From: Thermoplasmatota archaeon
Lineage (GTDB): Archaea; Thermoplasmatota; Penumbrarchaeia; Penumbrarchaeales; Penumbrarchaeaceae
Assembly (NCBI GenBank): GCA_025457865.1
Contig: JALOTP010000001.1
Span: forward strand, 96,457 to 160,456
Direction: 5' to 3'
DNA: 64,000 nt
The notes beneath the pieces are model-generated. The model saw only the letters and a list, made by a program, of their open reading frames with translations. It was not told the origin of the DNA and did no database searches. Position numbers and translations under genes: made by a program. Below are positions 1 through 9,103 of the stretch, piece after piece; the stretch's first letter is position 1; every line of letters begins with the position of its first letter.

Positions 1-226
1 GTATCAGGGCATCCTTGACCAGCAGAACGGCCAGAGGGACCGTCAGAACGGATATTGTCAATGATGAGAATAGGAGGATGGGGACGAGTGGCGACCTCAT
101 GGTGGACCCTGCCCTGCCTTCTCTGACCCTCTTCCTTGAGGGAATGAGGACGAAAAGGACCAGAAGCAGGAGGAAAATGGACATTGCCATCACCTCGTAG
201 AGGATCACGAAGAGGTCAATCGCCAT
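1..226 (-). CDS. membrane protein, partial (runs off left edge)
   Basis: Manual translation from ATG at 226: MAIDLFVILYEVMAMSIFLLLLVLFVLIPSRKRVREG...PILLFSSLTISVLTVPLAVLLVKDALI. Two hydrophobic segments and no stop before position 1. Not in the ORF track. Confidence 0.6.
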   Translation of the reverse strand, partial: MAIDLFVILYEVMAMSIFLLLLVLFVLIPSRKRVREGRAGSTMRSPLVPILLFSSLTISVLTVPLAVLLVKDALI

Positions 227-251
227 GGGGCTTTGTAGCACGAGCGGATAT

Positions 252-1535
252 TTAGGGGTTTTCCTTGAGCCTATCCCTGCGGTGTGGTTCGTGAACGAAC
301 GTAAAGACCATTACGGCCGCTAGGGCTAGAAGGACCGCGGATAAAAGGAAAGGGATGACATCGGCCGGGACCTCGAAGCCCCCGAGCATCATCATCTTGC
401 CGTCCAGCAGGTCCCAGAGGAACCCGCCAAGGACCGGTCCAACGACCCCCCCCAGGTTGTTGAACTGGTGGAGGGTCCCTATGAGCCGTCCGCGGACCTT
501 CTGGGGGACAAGGTCGGCCTGAAGGGCCCTCATGGCGGGAGCCGCGGACTGTATGCCCATCTCCCTGAGCGTGTAGGACCCCAGAGCGATGATCTTGCCC
601 CAAAGCAAGAGAGGCGTTGCTGAGAGGATGAGCGTGAAAAGAGCGGAGAAGAGGCTTCCGGAGACCATCACCGGTTTCCTTCCGTACCTGTCGGCCACCA
701 TCCCCGTCAGGAAGATCATCCCAAGGGCAAGGGCCTGGGCCGCCCCGACAAGGATCGAAAAGTCCCTTGCTTGCAGCCCGAAATGAACGGTCATGAAAAA
801 GACCATGACCACCCCCACCATGGAGAAGGAGAAGCCCTCGATGAAGGAATTGACATAGAGGAAGTCCAGAGACCTCCTGAGCCTCCCCTTGATGTTCGCC
901 ATGGCCTCTTTCTCGCCTGACCGGCGCTCCTTATCGGTGCCCTTCGGTAGGACGTTCTTCAGTAGGAAGAGCCCTAAAAAAGCACCCGCAAGAGAGATGG
1001 CGCTGGTGAAATAGAACGGGACCCTGTAGGATTCCAGAAGGTCAAGGTGGTGCACCTCCTGGGTATAGTAGAGGACGGCTCCCCCCAGGAGCGGGCCGGC
1101 GACCACGCCGGCATTGGTGAAAATCATATAGATGGAAATGGCCCTGCCCCTTTTGTCCTCCGGGGCGGAATCGACAACAAGGGCCTCTCCTGCAGGCCAG
1201 ACCATTGCAGAGGCCGTTCCCTGGAGGACCCTAACTATGAACAGGCCCCACCACTGGTCGGGGACCGTGAACAGGAAAGCAAGGAAGGCGTAGAGGAACA
1301 TCCCCGAGACAATGACCTTCTTCCTTCCGACACGGTCGGAGAGCCTGCCGAATGGAGTCGCAAGGAATGCCCTCGTGAGCATGAAAGAGGCCATCAGGGC
1401 TCCGACCGCGAGGCCGCCGCCGCTCAGCTCTTTGACGTAGAGGGGCAGGAGCGGGAGTATCATCCCGAAGCCCATGTAGATGCTGAAGGCAAGGAGGGAG
1501 GCCACGATGAGGTTTACGACCCACTTGGAAACCAT
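252..1535 (-). CDS. MFS transporter (DHA1/TetA-like)
   Basis: About 12 TM segments, with MFS motif A in both halves (GRLSDRVGRKK and GMVADRYGRKP). Confidence 0.9.
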   Translation of the reverse strand: MVSKWVVNLIVASLLAFSIYMGFGMILPLLPLYVKELSGGGLAVGALMASFMLTRAFLATPFGRLSDRVGRKKVIVSGMFLYAFLAFLFTVPDQWWGLFIVRVLQGTASAMVWPAGEALVVDSAPEDKRGRAISIYMIFTNAGVVAGPLLGGAVLYYTQEVHHLDLLESYRVPFYFTSAISLAGAFLGLFLLKNVLPKGTDKERRSGEKEAMANIKGRLRRSLDFLYVNSFIEGFSFSMVGVVMVFFMTVHFGLQARDFSILVGAAQALALGMIFLTGMVADRYGRKPVMVSGSLFSALFTLILSATPLLLWGKIIALGSYTLREMGIQSAAPAMRALQADLVPQKVRGRLIGTLHQFNNLGGVVGPVLGGFLWDLLDGKMMMLGGFEVPADVIPFLLSAVLLALAAVMVFTFVHEPHRRDRLKENP

Positions 1536-1585
1536 TTACGGCCTCACCTGCGCACAGAGGGTTCAGAGCATGACGTCAAAGGGGA

Positions 1586-2413
1586 TCAAAGGTAGGCTAC
1601 CATGCCCTGGACGGACACTAGCGCCATTCCCCCAAGACAGCGTATCCTCAGGTCATATTTGCCGGCCACGGAGATATCCTCCTCGAAGAAGTCCCAGACG
1701 ATCTGCTGGGCCAGTACGACGCTCACCGTCTGGTTCTTGACCAACCTCTCGTAAGGGTCGAACAGGATGAGCTCGAGCTTGGAGGATTGCGTCTCCCTGA
1801 TGTTGGCACCGGTCAGGGTGATGGTGAGGTTCATCCCCTTTGCATCCTCCTTGATGGTCCAGCTAACGTTCGTGGAATTGGGCATGAGGCCAAGGAGCGG
1901 ATCAGCGAGGAGTATGGCGGATTCCGTCGATATCACCTCGTCCTGAGGGACCACCTTGACCGTGACGTTGTCGGAATCGCTCATACCATCCTCATCGTAG
2001 ACGGTCATAGTGATAGCGTAGATACCGGCCTCTGAATATGTCTGAACTATGGACCCGTTGACGGTGGATTCGGGGGCCGAACCGTCACCGAAGTCCCAGA
2101 GGTATGAGAAAATGCCCCTGTTCGATTGGTCCTTTGGAGCGTCAGGGTCGTAGGACCCGTTCCCGTCAAGATAGACGAAATCACCGACCTTGTAGAGGTT
2201 CTTGTCCGAAGAGAGATCGGCCACCGGTGGATTGTTCAGGCCGTCGTCATCGTCGTCCGTCTGGTTATCATTACCTGACGGTTTCCTCATAAGATTGTCC
2301 TGGACGAAGCCTATCACCTTGGGAACGAAGATGATCCCGGCGATCACCACCGCCACCAGCACCGCTATCCCCACATACATCAGGACCCTGTTCGATCCCT
2401 TGCCGGAAGCCAT
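1586..2413 (-). CDS. membrane-anchored PKD domain protein
   Basis: N-terminal TM anchor, acidic linker, NNPPVA...LDGNGSYDPD and the PKD signature YLWDFGDGS. Confidence 0.8.
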   Translation of the reverse strand: MASGKGSNRVLMYVGIAVLVAVVIAGIIFVPKVIGFVQDNLMRKPSGNDNQTDDDDDGLNNPPVADLSSDKNLYKVGDFVYLDGNGSYDPDAPKDQSNRGIFSYLWDFGDGSAPESTVNGSIVQTYSEAGIYAITMTVYDEDGMSDSDNVTVKVVPQDEVISTESAILLADPLLGLMPNSTNVSWTIKEDAKGMNLTITLTGANIRETQSSKLELILFDPYERLVKNQTVSVVLAQQIVWDFFEEDISVAGKYDLRIRCLGGMALVSVQGMVAYL

Positions 2414-2508
2414 TTATCTCACCCGTTCTCCTGTAATGTCCGTCTAAGACCAGTAAGGTCATTGACCTATGGTATCTTAATGCTTTTTATGGACGGAGCC
2501 CAACCGTC

Positions 2509-3372
2509 CTAGGGCTTTCCCTTCTGGCGCTCCTCCTTCTGAGAGCGTCTCTGGACTATCCGGTCCATTATGAGCTTCATGTAAACGGCATCATGTTCGA
2601 GCAGCGGGGACTCGGAGATGACAGTGTAGTTGGTGTCCTCCCGGTCCAGCATCATCTCCGCAAGCGGGTCGAACCTGAGGTCCCCCTTCTTCACCGGTGT
2701 GTTCATTATCTTGTCCCCGTCCGAGTGCTCGACACCGGAGAAGTGGAGATAGTACTCGTCCTCTTTAGTGACAGCATGCACCTTCTCGAACAGCTCCTCG
2801 AACCTCTGCTTGTCTAGGAGCTCCCCCTTGGTCCTTGCATGGATGTTGGGAATGTTCAGAACTGGTATGGTCCTCTGGACCCTTTTTACTATGGATAGGA
2901 CCTCATCGACGGTCCCGAAGACCTTCTGCCGGCCGGATGTCTCGAGCCCGAGCCTCACATCGAGCTTCTCCTTCTTGAACCGGTCCCTTATGGCCCTGAC
3001 CTGTGTTACGGCCAGTTCGAGCGCCTTATTGTGGGAGAGATTATGGTACATGCCAATGTGGGTCACTACCAGGTCGCTCCCGAGCTTCTTTGCTATCTTC
3101 CCCGCCCAGATTATGTTCTCGAAGGACCGCTCCCTGTAGAACTTGTCCCCCAGGAGGTCCATGTAGTACGGGGCATGGATGGTCAGTCTGACATCCAGCT
3201 CCTCTCCGAGCTCCCTGATCAGGTCGAGGTCCTCCTGGACCTCCCTCTGAGGCCGCAGAAGCTGGACCTCCATAGCATCAAGCTGGAGGGCATGGATGTC
3301 CTCTATGCCGTCCTTCAATGTCCTGCCCTTGCAGGACAGTGGTATACCCGCAGGTCCGAACCTTATACCCAT
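2509..3372 (-). CDS. archaeal endonuclease IV-like TIM-barrel protein
   Basis: MGIRFGPAGIP start (ATG at 3372), with HAPYY, LETSG, LHFSG and ISESP motifs. Some metal ligands look substituted. Confidence 0.8.
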   Translation of the reverse strand: MGIRFGPAGIPLSCKGRTLKDGIEDIHALQLDAMEVQLLRPQREVQEDLDLIRELGEELDVRLTIHAPYYMDLLGDKFYRERSFENIIWAGKIAKKLGSDLVVTHIGMYHNLSHNKALELAVTQVRAIRDRFKKEKLDVRLGLETSGRQKVFGTVDEVLSIVKRVQRTIPVLNIPNIHARTKGELLDKQRFEELFEKVHAVTKEDEYYLHFSGVEHSDGDKIMNTPVKKGDLRFDPLAEMMLDREDTNYTVISESPLLEHDAVYMKLIMDRIVQRRSQKEERQKGKP

Positions 3373-3531
3373 CTTGCACCCAACTCCTTTGCTGTGAGAG
3401 GTCATGGACCACCGGCCTCTGGACCGTAGTCCCCAACCTTATTATTTGCACCTTGCTATTATTTATACCTTTCCCGTTTTTAACAGACATCCAAACCATT
3501 TTCTGCCTTATTGCCCGGTCCTCTGGTGGCA

Positions 3532-4413
3532 TCAGAGGGATACCTTACCCTTTTTGAGCAGCATTTCCACCGCCTTGTCCGCTGCATCTTCCAGCTTCTC
3601 TCCGTTATCAAGGGCCTCGTTGACAGCCTTGTTCTGTTCGTCCATCAGAGCCCTTGCGTCCCTTTTGAGCCTGTCCCTCTCTCCCCTAAGCTGCACGACC
3701 TTCTCCCGAAGCTCCAGGGACTTCTTGTGATATGAATCCGCCTGCTGCCTCAGCTCCAGGTACTCCTGGTGCTTCTTGTCCGCCTCGTTCCTCAGATGGT
3801 CCAGGGACGGTGTGACGGAATCGATCTCCTTCTGGAGGTCATCCAGTTTCTCCATGAGCTCCCGGACCTTCTTGTGCTCCTCATCGGAGAGCCTTCTCAG
3901 CTCCTCTATCTCCTCTTCCTTCGAGAGGAGCTCCGTCCTGTGGGTCTGGAACACCTCGCCCTTGCCCCTGAGCTCGTTCATCCTCTTCCTCTTCTCCTCT
4001 ATCTGGGAGACGAGCTCCCTCTCCTTGCCCATGGAGAGGGGCATGGTCTGATAACGGTGTTCGAGCTCGTTTAAGTCCTTTTCCAGGACCACTATGTCCT
4101 CGTAAGGGTCCTTGACGGCACCCTCTTTCTTCCTTTTGAAGCCGAGAAGTGCCCTGGCGCGCTCAGTGTACAGGTCCCTCCTTGCGCGGGCGGCCTTCAT
4201 CTCCTCTATCAGTGCCGACCTCTTGTCCCTGGTTGCCCTTAACTGCTCCAGGATCGCTTTGCGCTTGTTTTGCAGGTCGTCCCTTAGCTCCCTGACGACC
4301 TTGGCCTGATCGTTAAGGCCATCCCTCCTCTCATAGATGGACCTGAGCCGTTTCTCCCCGTCAGAGAGTTCCCTGACCAGTTCTTGGGGCACCTCATCCG
4401 GGTCCATACGCAA
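3532..4413 (-). CDS. archaeal coiled-coil protein (COG1340-like)
   Basis: E/K/R-rich heptads, LEHRYQT..LS..KERELV, C-terminal KKGKVSL. True start may be the ATG at 4407. Confidence 0.75.
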   Translation of the reverse strand: MRMDPDEVPQELVRELSDGEKRLRSIYERRDGLNDQAKVVRELRDDLQNKRKAILEQLRATRDKRSALIEEMKAARARRDLYTERARALLGFKRKKEGAVKDPYEDIVVLEKDLNELEHRYQTMPLSMGKERELVSQIEEKRKRMNELRGKGEVFQTHRTELLSKEEEIEELRRLSDEEHKKVRELMEKLDDLQKEIDSVTPSLDHLRNEADKKHQEYLELRQQADSYHKKSLELREKVVQLRGERDRLKRDARALMDEQNKAVNEALDNGEKLEDAADKAVEMLLKKGKVSL

Positions 4414-4465
4414 TACCTCGAGAAAGGGATTTTTTGGTAATGGGGAACAGATACTTAAAGGACAC

Positions 4466-5242
4466 CTATGGTCGCGCCTTAGAATGGGAAGTGTTCGCTA
4501 TCTTGCCAGCCATTGCCCCGGCAACGAACCCGGCATCTATGTTGACGACTGCCAGTGGGGAGCAGCTCTGGAGCATGGCGAAGAGAGCGGTCTCACCCTT
4601 GCCGTGCAGGCCGTAGCCAGTGGAGACCGGCAGTCCTATCACCGGGACCTTGACCAGACCAGAGACCAGGGTTGGCAGGGCTCCTTCCCTTCCTGCCGAG
4701 ACTATGATGACGTCCGCCCCCCATTCCCTGAGCTGATGAAGGGGTCCCAGCAGCCTGTGGACACCTGCGACACCGACATCATGGAAGGCCATTGTGGCGC
4801 ACCCCATCTCCCTTGCCGTCAGCTCTGCTTCGAGGCTGACCGGTATGTCAGAGGTCCCAGCACTGAGCAGCCCTACCCTCCCACCTGTGGGGTGGAGGAT
4901 GGAACTGGCCGTCCTTGCGGTCAGGAAACCAGCCCTATCATCGTAGGTGTTCGTCAGGTCAGGGAAGCCCTCTTTGAGGGAACATAACAGCTCATCGCAT
5001 GCAGACCGCCCGAGCCTGGAGACTATCGCCCTTTGTGTCCTTCTCAGGAACTCCGAGGAGATCTCGAACAATTGTCCCTGCGTCTTTCCGTCGGCTATGA
5101 TGACCTCGGGTACCCCGGTCCTATATTCTCTGCCAGTGTCTATATTACATTCGAGCTCGCCGTAGAGCCTCCGTTCGAGCTCCTTAAGAGCATCATCGAC
5201 CGATGTCCTTTTCTCGGAGACCGCTCTCAGAAGGTCCTCCAT
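4466..5242 (-). CDS. larB: nickel-pincer cofactor biosynthesis protein LarB (PurE-like)
   Basis: RTGVPEVI..GKT, SAGTSDIPV, DVGVAGVHRL, AGREGALP, PVSTGYG and VVNIDAGF. Start trimmed to ATG 5242 (MEDLL). Confidence 0.88.
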   Translation of the reverse strand: MEDLLRAVSEKRTSVDDALKELERRLYGELECNIDTGREYRTGVPEVIIADGKTQGQLFEISSEFLRRTQRAIVSRLGRSACDELLCSLKEGFPDLTNTYDDRAGFLTARTASSILHPTGGRVGLLSAGTSDIPVSLEAELTAREMGCATMAFHDVGVAGVHRLLGPLHQLREWGADVIIVSAGREGALPTLVSGLVKVPVIGLPVSTGYGLHGKGETALFAMLQSCSPLAVVNIDAGFVAGAMAGKIANTSHSKARP

Positions 5243-5310
5243 GACCGGTCCAAAGGTTCTGTCCTTATTATCATTACGGGTAGGGAAGGGCTTAATAGAG
5301 GCCTTACGGA

Positions 5311-7113
5311 TTGCCCAGCGGTCCAGCCTATGCTCTGGACCTGTCCAGGGATCGGCCCCGGGGTGCATGTTTGGTCAGGGAAACCGCTGTGGTCCAAGGC
5401 GACGGGAAGGCCCTCTCCGAAAGGGCCAGGGAAGCTGCCAGACAGCTTGGCCTCTCTTCCAGTGGTGCCGACCTCTTTTCTGTGGCCAGCATGTTCCCGA
5501 GGTTCGGAGGGTCCCATTTCCTGGTGATGAAAGGGCAGGACCCCCTCCATATTTGGGTGCCGGAAGGGGATGACTTCGTCTGGTCCCAACCGGCCCATGG
5601 ACCCCTGGGGAGGTTGGTATCGGACCAGCTGCGATGCCTGCAGGAAAGGCTCTCCATCGAAGGGATAGGGGGTCATAGATTGGTATATCAGCCGATGGGC
5701 CCCCTCCCCTCGTCAGTTGTTGATGTCCAGGAAGGTGCAGGGGTCATAGGTCTGGTCCTCGAAGAGGGGAACAGGGTCATCATAAGGAAAGAGAACGAAA
5801 ATAGCCGGACGGTCCTCGAATACCTCATCCGGCCCGAGACCGACCTGAGGCCGACGTTCATCCTGTCCCGATTGAGCTCAAAAGGGCTGAGGTCCGTCCC
5901 GGAGCTGCTCGGCACATCCTACTGGTCCCGTGGGGAGGAGCAAAGACCCTGGATGAGGATGGTCCGGTTCCCCCGCGGGACCGGTCCGGCCATGAGCCCC
6001 TTCCTCTCGGACCTCAGCGACCTGACATTGAGGTTCCTGGGCCTTGAGGGCGATAAGGCCAAACAGTACATGATGGGGCTTGCGAGCTCTGAGCAGTCTC
6101 CGTCCTTCAGTGCCGCCTTCAGACTGGGACTCTCCCTGGGCGAACTGCACGGGAAGGTCCTCTTCACACCGGAAGAAGCGTCGTCCGTCCGTGGGGACAG
6201 GAACCGTTCGGACCTGGCCGGTCTGTTCATGAACGGCAAGATGGGCATGGAACAGGTCGGGGCTTTGGTCGGGTGCTATTCCTCCTGTCAGGCTAGTGTT
6301 AGGAAGGGATTGACGAAGATACTCGGCGACCCCGAACCGGCCAGTCCATCCGGTCAGAGGAAGCTCAAGGTGGTCAGGAAGAAGGGAAGGGCTGTTCGAG
6401 GCGAAGGTCTGGAGCAGCTCTCGATGCTCAGATGGCATTTCCTCAGGGAGGCCGAGAGGCTAAGGTCACTGGTTATGGGGCTGAAGGCCCTCAGCGGGAC
6501 ACCGGCTGTGATGTCAGGTCTTGATGCTAGGTTGGATCGGATGGAGATGACAGGGGACGGGCAGTTCATCTTCAAGAGGTTCGATTTCGCTCTCCAGCGG
6601 GCCCAGGGGAGGACCGATGACAGGATGACAGGGCTCAAGGACCTCTCTTTGGTACTCAACTCCTTTATGAAGGTCCGCTACCTCTGCGCTTCCTCACTTC
6701 TGAGGAAGGCATCCCTTTCCCTGAGCGTACCTGCACAGGAGCTTGAGACGGTCTTCCTTGATTACAATATGGCAAAGAGAGGGCACCGTGCCATGCTCAC
6801 TGACCTACCGGTATGGCTGAGGATCGGTCATAAGGAAGCGGGCTTCAGGTACACGTTCGCCGCAGCCGTGGTCGGTTCCATCTGGTACGAAAAGGCCAGG
6901 AACCAGCTGGTCAGCGGTTACAACATGGGGGTCGGTCTTACAGGAAGGGATGAGCTCCTGGAATACCCGGAGAAGGTGGACACGGTCGAATGCATGCGGT
7001 CCATCCAGTGCCTTGCAGCGCTCTCATCCGCCTCTGATGCGCTCTCCCATCCCGAGGGCCCAAGGTCCTCCGTGGGGCTTTCCAATGACCTGTTCACCGC
7101 CCTACTGGTATGA
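5311..7113 (+). CDS. hypothetical protein, maltokinase/aminoglycoside-kinase-fold-like with degenerate catalytic motifs
   Basis: 600-codon ORF. VPELLG, LGLSLGELH and LKDLSLVLNSF echo maltokinase segments, but HGDxH and DFE are not intact. Confidence 0.5.
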   Translation: MPSGPAYALDLSRDRPRGACLVRETAVVQGDGKALSERAREAARQLGLSSSGADLFSVASMFPRFGGSHFLVMKGQDPLHIWVPEGDDFVWSQPAHGPLGRLVSDQLRCLQERLSIEGIGGHRLVYQPMGPLPSSVVDVQEGAGVIGLVLEEGNRVIIRKENENSRTVLEYLIRPETDLRPTFILSRLSSKGLRSVPELLGTSYWSRGEEQRPWMRMVRFPRGTGPAMSPFLSDLSDLTLRFLGLEGDKAKQYMMGLASSEQSPSFSAAFRLGLSLGELHGKVLFTPEEASSVRGDRNRSDLAGLFMNGKMGMEQVGALVGCYSSCQASVRKGLTKILGDPEPASPSGQRKLKVVRKKGRAVRGEGLEQLSMLRWHFLREAERLRSLVMGLKALSGTPAVMSGLDARLDRMEMTGDGQFIFKRFDFALQRAQGRTDDRMTGLKDLSLVLNSFMKVRYLCASSLLRKASLSLSVPAQELETVFLDYNMAKRGHRAMLTDLPVWLRIGHKEAGFRYTFAAAVVGSIWYEKARNQLVSGYNMGVGLTGRDELLEYPEKVDTVECMRSIQCLAALSSASDALSHPEGPRSSVGLSNDLFTALLV

Positions 7114-8952
7114 ACCAGAGTAATAGTACTCTCCGCTGGACTTCTGTTCGGTGTCAAGCCTGCTCCCGAGCTTGTTTATCCTCGGCCTCTTGGTGTCCAT
7201 GTCCCTTCTGAAGGTTATGCCCACGTCATTTAGGAAAAGGTTCATACCTTCCCGGAGGTCCAGCGGCCCGACGGCACGACCGTTCACCGAAGGGTCCCCG
7301 GAGAAGACCATCAGCGTGTCGGATACCAGGTCTATGAAATAGACATCATGGTCAACGATGAGGCCGGAGCGGGAGCTCTTCTCGATGACACGCCGAATCA
7401 CCTTTGCCGCCTCCATCCTCTGGTTGGCGTCAAGATAGGCCGAGGGCTCGTCGAGCATGTAGAGGTCCGCCTCCTGTGCAAGGCACATGGCTATGGCGAC
7501 CCTCTGCTGTTCACCGCCGGAGAGGCGCGACATCTCCTTGGGGTAGAGGTGCTTGAGATCGAGCGGCCCCTCTATCTCCGATGCGAAGAACCCTGCCGCG
7601 AACCGCTCCTTGAGGGAGATGATGAAGTACTCCTCCACGGTCCCATCGAAATCGTGCTTTATGTACTGGGGCTTGTACGAGATCTTGAAGTCCACCTTGA
7701 CGCTGCCCTTGTCCGGTGCGACCTCGCCTGCGAGCATCTTGACGAAGGTGGTCTTCCCTGTCGCATTGGGGCCCACGCAGCCCACGACCTCCCCCATGTG
7801 TATGACCCCTGCCTTGCTCTTGAAGTGGAAGCTGGGGAACCTCTTCTCTAGGGATGGGAAGATCAGGAGGTCGCCGCCCGACCATGAGGTTCGGGGCGGG
7901 TGGTCCAAGAACTCAACGGGCTTGTCCCTGAACCTCACGTTCTCCTCCCTCATGAAACCGTCCAGGAAGGTGTTTATGGCATGCTTGACGGTCTTTGGCT
8001 TGATCACGACACCATAGGACCCCGCCTCGCCGTACATCAGGCAGGCGTTATCGGCAAGGAAATCGAGTATGGCCAGGTCATGCTCCACGACAAGGACCTG
8101 TCTTCTCTCTCCCAGCTCCTTGATGACCTGGGAAGCGCGGAGCCTCTGTTTTATGTCCAGGTACGAGGAGGGTTCGTCGAAGAAATAGAGGTCCGCATCC
8201 TTCAGTATGGTCGCGGCAAGGGCGACCCTCTGCAGCTCGCCGCCAGAGAGCTTGTCAAGGGTCCTATCCAACACCCGCTCTATCTCGAACTTCGCGGCCA
8301 CCTCGGCAACGCCGTCGGGCCTCACCTTCGTGAGCATCTCCCTCACGGTGCCGCTGAAAGCCTTGGGAATCGAGTCCACGTACTGGGGTTTCAGCGCGCA
8401 GCGTATCTGGCCCTCAGATATCCTCTTGAAATGTTCGTAGAGCCCCGTCCCTGCGAAACGCTTCATCACATCCTGCCAGTTCTGCGGGGGGATGTCCATA
8501 TCTTCCTTCTCTAACCTTCTTGAACCGAAGGGCCTCGCCGCGTTCTTCTCATCCGGGTCTGGGTCCATGCCGAGGCCGAAATTGGGGAGGAGGCCTCCCG
8601 ATAGTATGTTGAGTATGGTGGACTTCCCTATGCCGTTCGACCCCAGCAGACCAAGGACCCTGCCCTCCTGAGGGTAAGGGATGCGGAAGAGCCTGAAGCC
8701 GTTGGGACCGAACTGGTGGATGAGGTCATATTCGAGCTCGGAGGGGAGGTTCGTTATTCGGATCGCATCGAAGGGGCATTTGTGGACGCATATGCCGCAC
8801 CCCACGCAGAGCTCCTCGTCTATGACGGGCTTGTTCTTGGGGTCCCAGGAGAATATCTCGTCCCCGGCCCTGACGCGGGGGCAGAAGTTGTAGCACTCCT
8901 TGGAGCACTTCTTGGGCTGGCATCTGTCGTATATGAGGGATGCGATGCGCAT
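7102..8952 (-). CDS. rli: ribosome recycling ATPase ABCE1/RLI
   Basis: N-terminal 2x[4Fe-4S] domain (CQPKKC..EC..FCP and CVGCGICVHKCP), two ABC NBDs (GSNGIGKS, LSGGELQR, GPNATGKT, LSGGEQQR) and the C-terminal RPRINK hinge. Confidence 0.97.
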   Translation of the reverse strand: MRIASLIYDRCQPKKCSKECYNFCPRVRAGDEIFSWDPKNKPVIDEELCVGCGICVHKCPFDAIRITNLPSELEYDLIHQFGPNGFRLFRIPYPQEGRVLGLLGSNGIGKSTILNILSGGLLPNFGLGMDPDPDEKNAARPFGSRRLEKEDMDIPPQNWQDVMKRFAGTGLYEHFKRISEGQIRCALKPQYVDSIPKAFSGTVREMLTKVRPDGVAEVAAKFEIERVLDRTLDKLSGGELQRVALAATILKDADLYFFDEPSSYLDIKQRLRASQVIKELGERRQVLVVEHDLAILDFLADNACLMYGEAGSYGVVIKPKTVKHAINTFLDGFMREENVRFRDKPVEFLDHPPRTSWSGGDLLIFPSLEKRFPSFHFKSKAGVIHMGEVVGCVGPNATGKTTFVKMLAGEVAPDKGSVKVDFKISYKPQYIKHDFDGTVEEYFIISLKERFAAGFFASEIEGPLDLKHLYPKEMSRLSGGEQQRVAIAMCLAQEADLYMLDEPSAYLDANQRMEAAKVIRRVIEKSSRSGLIVDHDVYFIDLVSDTLMVFSGDPSVNGRAVGPLDLREGMNLFLNDVGITFRRDMDTKRPRINKLGSRLDTEQKSSGEYYYSGSYQ

Positions 8953-9071
8953 CGTTATCCCGGGTCCATGGACGTATGGTAGATAAATGTTGGTCAGGGG
9001 GCGGGGAAGGAGCGGAGATCACGATAAGGTGCCATCGTCGATGGGAGGTCCGGATGGGTCATTGGTAAGGA

Positions 9072-9099
9072 TTATATATGTTTGAACATATGTTTAAAC
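9072..9099 (+). promoter_or_regulatory. TATA box plus palindromic operator upstream of the vapB-like gene
   Basis: TTATATA at 9072-9078, immediately followed by the 20-bp near-palindrome GTTTGAACAT|ATGTTTAAAC (9080-9099, one mismatch). Confidence 0.6.
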
Positions 9100-9103
9100 T
9101 GAG

